This document shows positions 18,413 to 28,249 of a stretch of 64,000 bases of DNA, in pieces. The notes beneath the pieces were generated by a model. That model did not search any database. It saw only the letters and a program-made list of their open reading frames with translations, and was not told the DNA's origin. Position numbers and translations under genes: made by a program. The stretch spans positions 800,001 through 864,000 of the forward strand of contig CAVYQE010000001.1 of NCBI GenBank assembly GCA_963770565.1, read 5' to 3'. Positions within the stretch are counted from its first letter, which is position 1. Every line of letters starts with the position of its first letter. The DNA comes from an uncultured Actinomycetota bacterium (GTDB taxonomy: Bacteria > Actinomycetota > Actinomycetes > JAFAQI01).

Positions 18413-19524
18413 ACACTGCACCCACCACGGTCGTGTTCGACCTTGGCAACGTCTTGCTCGACTGGGATCCGCGGTCGTTGTTCCGCACCCTCATCGACGA
18501 TCTCGACGAGCTCGACCACTTCCTGGCCGAGGTCTGCAACCGCGAGTGGCACGACGCCCAGGACCGCGGCCGGTCGACGGCCGACGCGACGGCCGAGCTG
18601 CAGCTGAAGTTTCCCGAGTACGCCGACCTGATCGGTGCCTACTACTCACGCTGGCCCGAGATGACGACCGGCGCCCTCCCAGCGACCGTCGACGTCCTGC
18701 GCGAGCTGCGGGACGCCGGGATCCGCCTGATCGGGCTCACGAACTGGCCGGCCGAAACTTTCACGCCGGCCCGCGGCCGCTTCGACTTCTTCTCCTGGTT
18801 CGAGGGCATCGTCGTGTCCGGCGAGGAAGGCGTGGCCAAGCCGGATGCGGAGATCTTCACCCGGCTACTCGACCGCTACGGCGTCGATCCCGCGACCGCG
18901 GTGTACGTCGACGACACCGCGGTGCACGTGGAGACCGCGCGTCGGCTCGGGATGACTGCGTTCGTTTTCACCGACGCGGTGACGCTGCGCCGGGACTTCG
19001 CCGCGGTCGGCCTGCCGGTGCGCTCGGACATCGACGTGCGGGCTGCGACGATCGAGGACCTCGGCGCGATCACCGAGATCTACAACCACTACGTCATGCA
19101 TTCGACTGCCACCTTCGACGTATCGGCGATGACCGCGGAGGAGCGGCGCGGCTGGTTCGACCACTACTCGAGCGAGGGGCCGTACCGGCTCCTGGTGGCC
19201 ACTCGGGCCGGAGTGGTCGTCGGCTACGCGGCGAGCAGCCGGTTCCGGCCGAAGCCGGCGTATGACCCGTCGGTCGAGGTGACGGTCTACCTGGCGCCGG
19301 ACGACCTGGGCCGCGGCGTCGGGTCGCTTCTCTACCAACAGCTGTTCGCCGAGCTGCGCACCCAGCCGCTGCACCGGGCCTACGCCGCGATCGCGCTGCC
19401 GAACCCGGCATCGATCCGGCTGCACCGGCGGTTCGCCTTCGACGAGGTCGGCACGCTTCACGAGGTCGGGCGCAAGCATGGCCGCTGGGTCGACGTGCTG
19501 TGGATGCAGCGCCGCATTCCCTAG
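18409..19524 (+). CDS. HAD-family phosphatase fused to a Pat/YncA-like GNAT acetyltransferase
   Basis: FDLGNVL, LTN, KPD..IF, YVDD (HAD); IYNHYV...ATF, GRGVGS.L, PN.AS..LH...F, GRK.GRWVD (GNAT). Confidence 0.85.
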   Translation: MNTAPTTVVFDLGNVLLDWDPRSLFRTLIDDLDELDHFLAEVCNREWHDAQDRGRSTADATAELQLKFPEYADLIGAYYSRWPEMTTGALPATVDVLRELRDAGIRLIGLTNWPAETFTPARGRFDFFSWFEGIVVSGEEGVAKPDAEIFTRLLDRYGVDPATAVYVDDTAVHVETARRLGMTAFVFTDAVTLRRDFAAVGLPVRSDIDVRAATIEDLGAITEIYNHYVMHSTATFDVSAMTAEERRGWFDHYSSEGPYRLLVATRAGVVVGYAASSRFRPKPAYDPSVEVTVYLAPDDLGRGVGSLLYQQLFAELRTQPLHRAYAAIALPNPASIRLHRRFAFDEVGTLHEVGRKHGRWVDVLWMQRRIP

Positions 19525-19543
19525 CGCCGGTAACCTCCGCTTC

Positions 19544-21070
19544 GTGAGTGACCACAACGACCTGAGCGAGCAGCGCGCCCGGATCGAGGCCGGCGGGCCG
19601 CAGAAGTACCACGAGGCGAACCGCGAGAAGGGCAAGATGTTCGCCCGCGAGCGGATTCACCTGCTCACCGACGACGGGTCCTTTGTCGAGGACGGGCTGT
19701 TCGCGAACGCACTGGCGGGTGACCTGCCGGCCGACGGGGTCGTGACCGGGATCGCTCGTGTGGACGGTCGCCCGGTCGCGGTGATGGCCAACGACTCGAC
19801 CGTGAAAGCCGGGTCGTGGGGCGCGCGCACGGTCGAAAAGATCGTGCGGATCATCGAGCAGGCCTACCACCTCGGGATCCCGATGGTGTGGCTGGTCGAC
19901 TCGGCCGGCGCCCGGATCACCGACCAGATCCAGATGTTCCCCGGCCGGCGCGGGGCGGGAAAGGTGTTCGAGACCCAGGTCCGCGCGAGCGGTTCGATCC
20001 CACAGGTGTGTGCGCTGTTCGGCCCGAGCGCCGCAGGCGGTGCCTACATCCCGGCCTTCTGCGATGTCGTCGTCATGGTCGAGGGCAACGCGTCGATGTA
20101 CCTCGGCTCCGCCCGGATGGTGGAGATGGTCACCGGTGAGGTCACCACGCTCGAGGAGATGGGCGGTGCACGCATGCACTGCACCGTCTCAGGAGTCGGT
20201 CACTTCCTCACGCCCGATGAGCCGACCGCGATCGAGACGGTGAAGCGCTACCTGTCCTACCTCCCGTCGAACTGGACCGAGTCGCCGCCGGTCGCGCCGG
20301 CGGCGCCGGCCGGCAGCGGTGACCTGCGCACGCTGATTCCGGCCGAAGACCGGCAGGCCTTCGACATGCGCCGCTACGTCAAGGCGATCGTCGACGCGGA
20401 CTCGCTGTTCGAGATCCACGCGCTGTGGGCGAAGGAGGTCATGGTCGGCTTCGCCCGGCTCGACGGCCAGCCGATCGGCGTGGTGGCCAACAACCCGATG
20501 TTCAAGGGCGGCGTGCTGTTCGTCGACTCGGCGGACAAGTGCGCGCGCTTCATCGACCTCTGCGACGCGTTCAACCTGCCGCTGCTGTTCCTGGCCGACG
20601 TACCGGGGTTCATGGTCGGTGCGGCGGTCGAGCGTGCCGGCATCATCCGGCACGGTGCGAAGATGATCAGCTCGGTCGCGGCCGCGTCCGTGCCGAAGAT
20701 CTCGGTCATCGTCCGCAAGGCATACGGAGCCGGTCTGTACGCGATGTGCGGCCCCGGTTTCTCGCCGGACGCCACCCTCGCGCTGCCGACCGCGATGATC
20801 GCGGTGATGGGTGCGGAGGCTGCGGTCAACGCGGTCTACTACAACCGGATCCAGGCCATCGAGGACGAGGACGAGCGCGCCGAGTTCGTCCGGTCCAAGC
20901 GCAACGAGTACGACGAGGACATCGACATCGTCCGGCTGGCGAGCGAGCTCGTCGTCGATGCGATCGTCGAGCCCGAGGACTTGCGCGCGGAACTGATCAA
21001 GCGGTTTGCGGCGTACCGGTCGAAGGACCGTGCATTTTCGCGCCGGCGGCATGGAGTCACGCCGGTCTGA
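19544..21070 (+). CDS. Acyl-CoA carboxylase beta subunit (YngE/MccB-like)
   Basis: K.FARERI, DSAGARI, SAAGGAY, DVPGFMVG, RKAYGAG; TAACCT 7 nt before GTG. Confidence 0.9.
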   Translation: MSDHNDLSEQRARIEAGGPQKYHEANREKGKMFARERIHLLTDDGSFVEDGLFANALAGDLPADGVVTGIARVDGRPVAVMANDSTVKAGSWGARTVEKIVRIIEQAYHLGIPMVWLVDSAGARITDQIQMFPGRRGAGKVFETQVRASGSIPQVCALFGPSAAGGAYIPAFCDVVVMVEGNASMYLGSARMVEMVTGEVTTLEEMGGARMHCTVSGVGHFLTPDEPTAIETVKRYLSYLPSNWTESPPVAPAAPAGSGDLRTLIPAEDRQAFDMRRYVKAIVDADSLFEIHALWAKEVMVGFARLDGQPIGVVANNPMFKGGVLFVDSADKCARFIDLCDAFNLPLLFLADVPGFMVGAAVERAGIIRHGAKMISSVAAASVPKISVIVRKAYGAGLYAMCGPGFSPDATLALPTAMIAVMGAEAAVNAVYYNRIQAIEDEDERAEFVRSKRNEYDEDIDIVRLASELVVDAIVEPEDLRAELIKRFAAYRSKDRAFSRRRHGVTPV

Positions 21071-21071
21071 G

Positions 21072-21554
21072 CTAGACGAGTGCCTCCTGAGTGGCGGCGC
21101 CGGTCGGGTCGGGGTCGGCATCGAGGAAGACCCAGCGCCGGAATGACCAGAACCGCCAGACCGTGCCGAACGCGGTGCCGATGAGCGTCGAGGAGATGTT
21201 GTAGGCCAGCGGCGAGTGCAGGCCGAGGACGTACTCGCTGAAACCGACCGGGATCTCGGACAGCGCAAGCCCGATCACTGACAACCCGAGAAACAGCGGC
21301 AACTCCCGCCGCACCCCGGTCTGGTCCTTGTGCCGCCAGGTCCAGTGCCGGTTGGCGAAATAGGACAGGACGGCGGCGATCGCGGTCGCGAGGCCGAAGC
21401 TGGTCAGTGGCCCGAGGTTCAACCCGAAGTGGAAGCCATTGCTGAGGCCGACGGTGAGCGCGAAGGCGACCGCCCCGATGATGCCGAACTTGGCAATCTC
21501 GTGAATCAGGTGCTCAAAGGTGGTGTAGATGTGCCTCACCCGAGCAGCGACCAT
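21072..21554 (-). CDS. GtrA family membrane protein
   Basis: KFGIIG, SYFANRHWTW, RFWSFRRWVF. Confidence 0.88.
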   Translation of the reverse strand: MVAARVRHIYTTFEHLIHEIAKFGIIGAVAFALTVGLSNGFHFGLNLGPLTSFGLATAIAAVLSYFANRHWTWRHKDQTGVRRELPLFLGLSVIGLALSEIPVGFSEYVLGLHSPLAYNISSTLIGTAFGTVWRFWSFRRWVFLDADPDPTGAATQEALV

Positions 21555-21588
21555 CCTTAGACCCTAAACGCCGTGCGAAAATTGCTTC

Positions 21589-22737
21589 GTGGACCATCGG
21601 CTCAACGACGAGCACGAGGCACTTCGCAAGAGCGTCGAGGCGTTCGCTCGCGAGGTGGTCGCCCCGCAGGCTGCGGCGGCTGACCACAGCGGTGAGTTCC
21701 CGTACGACGTCATTCGCCAGATGGGCGAGCTGGGGTTGTTCGGGTTGCCGTTCCCGGAGGAGTACGGCGGGATGGGCGGGGACTTCCTGGCCCTATGCCT
21801 GGCGATCGAGGAGCTCGCCCGGGTCGATTCGAGCGTGGCGATCACGCTCGAGGCGGCGGTCGGACTCGGCTCGATGCCGGTCTACCGGTTCGGCGACGAG
21901 GCTCAGAAGCAGCAGTGGCTGCCGGCGCTGTGCCGCGGCGAAGCGCTTTCGGCGTTTGGCCTGACCGAGCCGGGCGGCGGTTCGGATGCCGGAAACCCGC
22001 GAACCAAGGCCGTGCTGGACGGCGGCGAGTGGGTGATCAACGGCACCAAGGCCTTCATCACCAACGCGGGCACCGACATCACCACGCTCGTGACCGTGCT
22101 CTGCCGGACCGGCGAGAACGCCGACGGGCGCCCGGAGCTGACCTCGATCATGGTTCCGGTGCCGCACGAGGGCTTCAGCGCCTCGAAGAAGTACGACAAG
22201 GTCGGCTGGCATGCCAGCGACACCCGCGAGCTCGCCTTCGTCGACTGCCGGGTGCCGGCCGAGAGCGTGCTCGGCGAGCGCGGCCGCGGCTACGCGCAGT
22301 TCCTCTCGACCCTCGACGAGGGGCGGATCGCGATCAGCGCGCTCGCGGTGGGTTTGGCTCAGGGCTGCGTGGATGAATCGGTGGCGTACGCCAAACAGCG
22401 GGAGGCGTTCGGCGCCCCGATCGGCTCGTACCAGGCGGTCGCGTTCCGGATCGCAGACATGGAGATGCGCGCGCATGTCGCCAGGTGCGCCTACCGTGAT
22501 GCGGTGTACCGGATGCTCGCCGGCCAGTCGTTCAAGCGCGAGGCGGCGATGGCCAAGCTCTATTCCTCGACGATCGCGGTCGACAACGCGCGCGACGCGA
22601 CCCAGGTGTTTGGCGGCTACGGGTTCATGAACGAGTTCCCGGTCGCGCGGCACTGGCGTGACTCGAAGGTGCTCGAGATCGGCGAGGGAACGTCCGAGAT
22701 CCAGCGGATGCTCATCGCCCGAGACCTCGGTCTGTAG
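21589..22737 (+). CDS. Acyl-CoA dehydrogenase
   Basis: GLTEPGGGSDA, NGTKAFITN, R.AFG, GGYG, IGEGTSEIQR. Confidence 0.92.
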   Translation: MDHRLNDEHEALRKSVEAFAREVVAPQAAAADHSGEFPYDVIRQMGELGLFGLPFPEEYGGMGGDFLALCLAIEELARVDSSVAITLEAAVGLGSMPVYRFGDEAQKQQWLPALCRGEALSAFGLTEPGGGSDAGNPRTKAVLDGGEWVINGTKAFITNAGTDITTLVTVLCRTGENADGRPELTSIMVPVPHEGFSASKKYDKVGWHASDTRELAFVDCRVPAESVLGERGRGYAQFLSTLDEGRIAISALAVGLAQGCVDESVAYAKQREAFGAPIGSYQAVAFRIADMEMRAHVARCAYRDAVYRMLAGQSFKREAAMAKLYSSTIAVDNARDATQVFGGYGFMNEFPVARHWRDSKVLEIGEGTSEIQRMLIARDLGL

Positions 22738-22749
22738 CGCGAGCCCGAG

Positions 22750-23853
22750 ATGAGTGACCGCGTGACCGGGATGCCGGTCGTCGGAATGGTGGGCGCCGGC
22801 CAGCTGGCCCGGATGACCCACCAGGCGGCGATCTCGCTCGGCCTGTCGCTGCGCGTGCTGGCCGACTCGCCCACCGACGGTGCGGCGCTGGTCACGCCCG
22901 ATGTCGAGATCGGCGGTCCGGCCGACTCAGCGGCGCTGCAGCGCTTTGCCAAGGGCTGCGACGTCGTGACCTTCGACCACGAGCTGGTGCCCCGGGAGCT
23001 GATCGAGGAGCTGGTCGCCGTGGGCGCGACCGTGCATCCGAGCGCCGACGCGCTTGTCTACTCGCAGGACAAGCGCGCGATGCGGACCAAGATCGCCGAG
23101 CTCGGACTTCCGGTGCCGCGATGGTCCGACGATCCGGAGGCGCTGCCGCGCCCATACGTCGCCAAGGCGGTCCGGGGTGGCTACGACGGCCGTGGCGTCT
23201 GGTTCCTCAACCCTGGTGACCCCCTGCCGACGGTGGACTTCATCGTCGAGGAGCGGGTGTCGATCGTCCACGAGCTCTCGATCCAGGTCGCCCGGACGCC
23301 GTCGGGCCGGGTCCGCTGCTGGCCGGTGGTCGAGACCGTTCAGCGCAACGGAATCTGCGTCGAGGTCGTCGCACCCGCACCAAGACTGAGTACGTCGTTC
23401 GCCGCCGAGGCGGACCGGATCGGCACCCGGATCGCCAATGAGCTCGGCGTGGTCGGCGTCATGGCGGTCGAGCTGTTCGAGGCGCCGAGCGGGCTGATGG
23501 TCAACGAGCTGGCCATGCGGCCGCACAACTCGGGGCACTGGTCGATCGAGGGCGCGACGACGAACCAGTTCGAGCAGCACCTGCGGGCGATCCTCGACTG
23601 GCCGCTCGGAGATGTCCGGCCGCGAGCCAGGGTCACGGTGATGGTCAACGTGATCGGCGGGCCGTCCACCAACCTCGCGGCGGCCCTGCCGGCCGCACTG
23701 GCTGCCGCTCCGAACGCGTCGATCCACCTCTACGGAAAGGCCGAGCGACCGGGTCGCAAGCTCGGGCACGTCACCGTGCTCGGGGATGATCTCGTCGAAG
23801 CGCGCAACACCGCGCGTCGCGCGGTCGCGATCCTGCAGGGAGATTCGCCATGA
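22750..23853 (+). CDS. purK: N5-carboxyaminoimidazole ribonucleotide synthase
   Basis: [40 protein letters not shown]. Confidence 0.95.
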   Translation: MSDRVTGMPVVGMVGAGQLARMTHQAAISLGLSLRVLADSPTDGAALVTPDVEIGGPADSAALQRFAKGCDVVTFDHELVPRELIEELVAVGATVHPSADALVYSQDKRAMRTKIAELGLPVPRWSDDPEALPRPYVAKAVRGGYDGRGVWFLNPGDPLPTVDFIVEERVSIVHELSIQVARTPSGRVRCWPVVETVQRNGICVEVVAPAPRLSTSFAAEADRIGTRIANELGVVGVMAVELFEAPSGLMVNELAMRPHNSGHWSIEGATTNQFEQHLRAILDWPLGDVRPRARVTVMVNVIGGPSTNLAAALPAALAAAPNASIHLYGKAERPGRKLGHVTVLGDDLVEARNTARRAVAILQGDSP

Positions 23854-24362
23854 GCGCGGTGGTCGGCATCGTGATGGGTAGCGACTCGGACTGGACGACG
23901 ATGAAGCCGGCCGCCGACGTGCTCGCCGACTTCGGTGTCGAGACCGAGGTCCGCGTGGTGTCGGCGCACCGCACACCGGACGACATGCTCGCCTACGGGA
24001 AGTCCGCGGCAGACCGTGGCCTTCGCGTCATCATCGCCGGAGCCGGTGGTGCCGCGCACCTGCCGGGGATGCTGGCATCGACGACCGCGTTGCCGGTGAT
24101 CGGCGTACCGGTGCCGCTGGCCCACCTGGACGGCATGGACTCGCTGCTCTCGATCGTGCAGATGCCGGCCGGGGTCCCGGTCGCGACCGTGTCGATCGGC
24201 GGTGCGCGCAACGCCGGGCTGCTCGCGGTGCGGATCCTCGCGACCTCCGACGATGCATTGCGCGAGCAGATGCTCCGGTTCCAGGACGAGCTCAAGGAAA
24301 CCGCGCGGAGCAAGGACGCCGCGCTGCGGGCGCAGTTCGACAACGACGCGGGCACCGAGTGA
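23850..24362 (+). CDS. purE: N5-CAIR mutase
   Basis: [33 protein letters not shown]. Confidence 0.96.
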   Translation: MSAVVGIVMGSDSDWTTMKPAADVLADFGVETEVRVVSAHRTPDDMLAYGKSAADRGLRVIIAGAGGAAHLPGMLASTTALPVIGVPVPLAHLDGMDSLLSIVQMPAGVPVATVSIGGARNAGLLAVRILATSDDALREQMLRFQDELKETARSKDAALRAQFDNDAGTE

Positions 24363-25591
24363 CCCACGCGAGCGCGTCGCCCGACGCCACCGAACTGGTG
24401 GCCTGGACCGTCGAGGTCGACGACCCGGGCGAGCTGCTGACCTGGCTGCCGGCTGGTGAGTCGTTCGCGTTCCTGCGCGGCGGCGACGGCATCGTCGGCT
24501 GGGGCGAGGCGGCCCGGCTGGCTACCGACTCCGCGACCGACGTCCAGGCGTTGCTCGGCGCGATCACGACCCGTGACGATGTCGGGGTCCCGGGCAGCGG
24601 CGCAGTTGCGATCGCATCGCTGGGCTTTGATCCGGACGTCGACGTTTCCGTCGTCGTCGTACCCAAGGTGGTGCTCGGCCGGCGCGAGGGCCGATCCTGG
24701 CTGACCCTCGTCACGCCGCCCGGTGCGGTCGAGGTGCCGGCCTTGCGGCGGCGCCCGGTCGCCGCGGCGAGTACGCCGCCCTCGTCGGTCACGGCGCAGC
24801 TGCCGAGCGAGCAGCAGTGGCACGACGTGATCGCCGATGCCGTGACCACTCTGCGGGCCGGGTCATTGCAGAAGGTGGTGCTCGCCCGCGCGATCGAGGT
24901 GACCGCCCAGGCCCCCCTCGACGGCCGGGCGATCGCGGCCCGGATGGCGAGCCGCTTCCCGTCCTGCTTCACATTCCTGTGCGACGGCCTGGTCGGTGCG
25001 TCACCGGAGCTGCTGATCCGCCGGCTCGGACGCCACGCGGAGTCGCTGGTGCTGGCCGGCACGATCCGGCGCGGCTCGTCTCCCGAGGAGGACGCGGCGC
25101 TCGAACACGAGCTGCTCACCTCGGCCAAGGACGCCGAGGAACACCGAATGGCGGCGGTGTCCGTCCGAGATGTCCTGGCCGCGGTGGCCGTGGACGTCGT
25201 GGCAGACGAGCGCCCGCAGCTGCTGCGGCTGGCCAACCTGAGCCACCTCGCCACTCACATCGACGCCTGGCTGCCTCAGCCGACTCCGAGCGCGCTCGCG
25301 TTGGCCGCGCTCCTGCACCCGTCTGCCGCCGTTGGCGGAACCCCGAGGGCGACCGCGCTGGAGATGATCAGCCGGCTCGAAGCCGCTCCGCGCGGCCGTT
25401 ACGCCGCCCCGATCGGCTGGGTCGATGCGAATGGTGACGGCGAGTTCGCGATCGCTCTACGGTGCGCCCAGCTGTCCGGCAACGTCGCGCGGTTGTGGGC
25501 CGGCGGTGGCATCGTCGCGGATTCTGACCCGGCCGCCGAGGTCGCGGAGACAACCGTGAAGTTCGACGCCGTACTGTCCGCCCTGACCTGA
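24359..25591 (+). CDS. menF: Isochorismate synthase
   Basis: KVVLAR, GASPELL, LAGT, KD.EEH, LHP.AAVGG.P, RGRY, AGGGIV; men genes nearby. Confidence 0.85.
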   Translation: MTHASASPDATELVAWTVEVDDPGELLTWLPAGESFAFLRGGDGIVGWGEAARLATDSATDVQALLGAITTRDDVGVPGSGAVAIASLGFDPDVDVSVVVVPKVVLGRREGRSWLTLVTPPGAVEVPALRRRPVAAASTPPSSVTAQLPSEQQWHDVIADAVTTLRAGSLQKVVLARAIEVTAQAPLDGRAIAARMASRFPSCFTFLCDGLVGASPELLIRRLGRHAESLVLAGTIRRGSSPEEDAALEHELLTSAKDAEEHRMAAVSVRDVLAAVAVDVVADERPQLLRLANLSHLATHIDAWLPQPTPSALALAALLHPSAAVGGTPRATALEMISRLEAAPRGRYAAPIGWVDANGDGEFAIALRCAQLSGNVARLWAGGGIVADSDPAAEVAETTVKFDAVLSALT

Positions 25592-25694
25592 CCGGCAAGT
25601 CGCCTTCATGCCTTCGGCATCGCGCCTCACCGTCCGTGGGTTGTGTGCGGTCGGGGGTTCTGCAAGGGTCGGCCCCGATTGGAGGTCGATTCCT

Positions 25695-26345
25695 ATGAGG
25701 CGTCAGGCGAGGCAACGACCGCGGTGGCAGGTCCGAGCGGCGGTGGTGGTGGCCGGCATCGGAGTTGCCGCTGCAAGCAGTGCAATCGGGTACGCCGCGA
25801 ACACCGCCAGCGGCCAGATCCAGGCTTGCTACAACAACACGACCGGAGCGCTTCGAGTGGTGGGCTCGACGCCGTGCACTGCGTCGGAAACCGCGCTGGA
25901 CTGGGCCAAGGTCGGGCCGGCCGGGGTCAGCTCGCTCTACCACGGCTTCCATCGCGGCAAGGTCTCGATCCCGGGGACCCAGCACCCGGCGGCGATGGTG
26001 AAGACACCTCCGCTGGCTGCCGGTTCCTACGCGGTGACCGTGAGCGGCCACTACACCTTCCCTGGAAACGCGGAGGTCACCTGCTATCTCTCCCGATTCG
26101 CCCACGTCGGTATCCGCACGTTCAACCTCCCGCACCACGAAGAGGTCGTCGCGGACCCGAAGGTCGAGTGGTTGACGCAGACCGACTACGTGACGGGCAT
26201 CAAGGCAGGCCAACGGATCGCGTGGTATTGCCAGGCCGGCATTGATCCGATCGATCGGGCGCTTCCGCCGGCCGCCGGTCGGATCGGCTACGCGTCGATC
26301 GACGCGATCCCGGTGAGCACGATTCACTCCTCGATCAGCAACTGA
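25695..26345 (+). CDS. Secreted hypothetical protein with IxACY..G.LR motif
   Basis: Signal peptide; GQIQACYNNTTGALRVV...C...E..L.W...GPAG; GGAGG SD. Confidence 0.65.
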   Translation: MRRQARQRPRWQVRAAVVVAGIGVAAASSAIGYAANTASGQIQACYNNTTGALRVVGSTPCTASETALDWAKVGPAGVSSLYHGFHRGKVSIPGTQHPAAMVKTPPLAAGSYAVTVSGHYTFPGNAEVTCYLSRFAHVGIRTFNLPHHEEVVADPKVEWLTQTDYVTGIKAGQRIAWYCQAGIDPIDRALPPAAGRIGYASIDAIPVSTIHSSISN

Positions 26346-26372
26346 GCTTCGGTCGCGGAGAGTCGCTCGATC

Positions 26373-27077
26373 TCAGACTGCGACCAGCAGGCATCGGGCC
26401 GCGGTGGCGACGGTGCGTCCGATGGCTCCCATCATCAGGTCCTCGACCGTCGCGATCTCGCGGCACTGCCAGAGAGCGAGCGCGGTGTCCCAGGCCGCGT
26501 CGCGCGCGGAGTTGATGCTCCAGTCCCCGATCAGATCGAGGACGACCTGAGTCCGGTGGTCGGCGGCGCGCACCTCGCCGGACTCGAACGACTGGCGCAC
26601 CGACTGCTCCGCGGCGTCGAGCAACGCGTCGACCTTCTGGTAGTCGGCGTGACAGTTCGGCTCGAACGGCGACGTCGCGAGATCGGTACACGTGCGCACA
26701 ACCGTGATCGGAAGGTCGTGGTTGATATGCGCGTTCATACCGGCCAACGCGTACTGGATGTCGAAGATCCCCGGGTGTGCCCGCCGCTCGATCAGCGGCT
26801 GCCAGGCGACCGGCACCTGGTCGAGCGGCCCGCTGCTCGCATCGACGGCGGCGAAGTACTGGTTGGCGAAGACCACGTCGAAATGCGCCATGAATGCGGC
26901 GTCGGCGAAGAAGCCGGCCGCGATGCGGTGGTCGACGTCGATGGTGACCTCGAGATACATCCGGTTGAAGCAGGCCACTCCGTCGGTGGCCGGCAACGCT
27001 GCCTCGATCGCCTGCATCCGCGTGATCGCGTCGGCGACGCTTGTCACCGGGCCGGATGGGATCACGGGTGACGCCAT
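26373..27077 (-). CDS. DUF5995-like family protein
   Basis: DGVACFNRMYLEVT, FDV.FA..Y, GMNAHINHDL. Confidence 0.75.
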   Translation of the reverse strand: MASPVIPSGPVTSVADAITRMQAIEAALPATDGVACFNRMYLEVTIDVDHRIAAGFFADAAFMAHFDVVFANQYFAAVDASSGPLDQVPVAWQPLIERRAHPGIFDIQYALAGMNAHINHDLPITVVRTCTDLATSPFEPNCHADYQKVDALLDAAEQSVRQSFESGEVRAADHRTQVVLDLIGDWSINSARDAAWDTALALWQCREIATVEDLMMGAIGRTVATAARCLLVAV

Positions 27078-27114
27078 CACCGCACCGTACCGGGTGCCAC
27101 CTCTTGCCGGTCGG

Positions 27115-27474
27115 CTAGCGCTCGGCCGTCCAGCCGCCGTGACCGAAGGTCCGATGGACCCACTCGCGGAACGAGTTTCCTTCGCCGTACTCGGGGTTCG
27201 CGTCGTAGGCAGCGGTGCCCGACGGCTCCGGCAGGTTGGCGGCCGCCTCGTCGTCGAGGTCGCACTTGATGTACTCCGTGGTGATCTCGGCGATCTGATC
27301 GCGGTCGACGAACCTGCGGCCGTGCTTAGTCGTGACGATGACGCCGTCGAACAGGTCTTCGGACGGGATCTCGAGCACCTTGTCCAGGGTGCCGAACTGT
27401 TGGCCGGTCGAGGACAACACCGGTACGCCGAGGGGCACGCCTTCGTACGAGACTGGTTCTGCAGTATCGCTCAT
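27115..27474 (-). CDS. Hypothetical protein (PRC-barrel-like)
   Basis: G.PV.SS.G...G.L..V, D.FDG..V, RFVD.DQI; lies just downstream of the hydrolase. Confidence 0.65.
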   Translation of the reverse strand: MSDTAEPVSYEGVPLGVPVLSSTGQQFGTLDKVLEIPSEDLFDGVIVTTKHGRRFVDRDQIAEITTEYIKCDLDDEAAANLPEPSGTAAYDANPEYGEGNSFREWVHRTFGHGGWTAER

Positions 27475-27477
27475 CGG

Positions 27478-28176
27478 CTAACCGAGGTGGCTGCGCAGGA
27501 AGCTGACCGCGCGTTGCCAGGCGAGGTCGGCGTACTCCGCGTTGTAGGTGCCCATCTTGTCCAAGTGGTTGTGGAAGGCATGGCCGGCCGGATAGAAGAA
27601 GAACTCGACCTCGGTCCCGGATTCTTCGCGGATCTGGGCCTCCTGGGCACGCGCCGCGTCGGCCGGGTAGAACGCGTCCTGCTCGGCGTAGTGGCCCTGG
27701 ACCGCGGCGGTGATGCCGGCGTACTGGTCCGGGACCGCGGCTCCCACGCCGTAGAACGGGACGGCGGCACCGATTTTCTCGCCTTGCTGGGCGGCTAGCA
27801 GGAGCACGAACCCGCCGCCCATGCAGAAGCCGATCGCACCGATCCGGCTGGAGGTCACTGCCTCGTGGCCGAGCAGGAAGTCGACCGCCCCACCGAGGTC
27901 GCGAGCCGCCTGGTCGACCGGAAGCGCGGACATCATCTGGCCGGCCTCGTCGGCGTCGTGGGCGACCTTGCCGCCGAACAGGTCAGGCGCAAGGGCCACG
28001 AAGCCTTCCGCGGCCAGCCGGTCGGCGGCGCCGGCGATGTAGTCGTCGAGCCCCCACCACTCCTGGATGACGATGACGCCGGGACCGCGGCCGGACGGGG
28101 GAAGCGCGAGGTAGCCGTGTGCATGGCCGCCGTTGCTCGGGAATTCGACGTTCTGGTGCGGGGTCTGGTCTGCCAT
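27478..28176 (-). CDS. Dienelactone hydrolase family protein
   Basis: QEWWGL, GFCMGG nucleophile elbow, YPAGHAF. Confidence 0.9.
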   Translation of the reverse strand: MADQTPHQNVEFPSNGGHAHGYLALPPSGRGPGVIVIQEWWGLDDYIAGAADRLAAEGFVALAPDLFGGKVAHDADEAGQMMSALPVDQAARDLGGAVDFLLGHEAVTSSRIGAIGFCMGGGFVLLLAAQQGEKIGAAVPFYGVGAAVPDQYAGITAAVQGHYAEQDAFYPADAARAQEAQIREESGTEVEFFFYPAGHAFHNHLDKMGTYNAEYADLAWQRAVSFLRSHLG

Positions 28177-28249
28177 GGGTCGGTCCTTCGCGTCGGCGGA
28201 GCATGCAGTCTTGCCTGTCTGTGACCTTACGTCGGAGGCACGTACCGGG

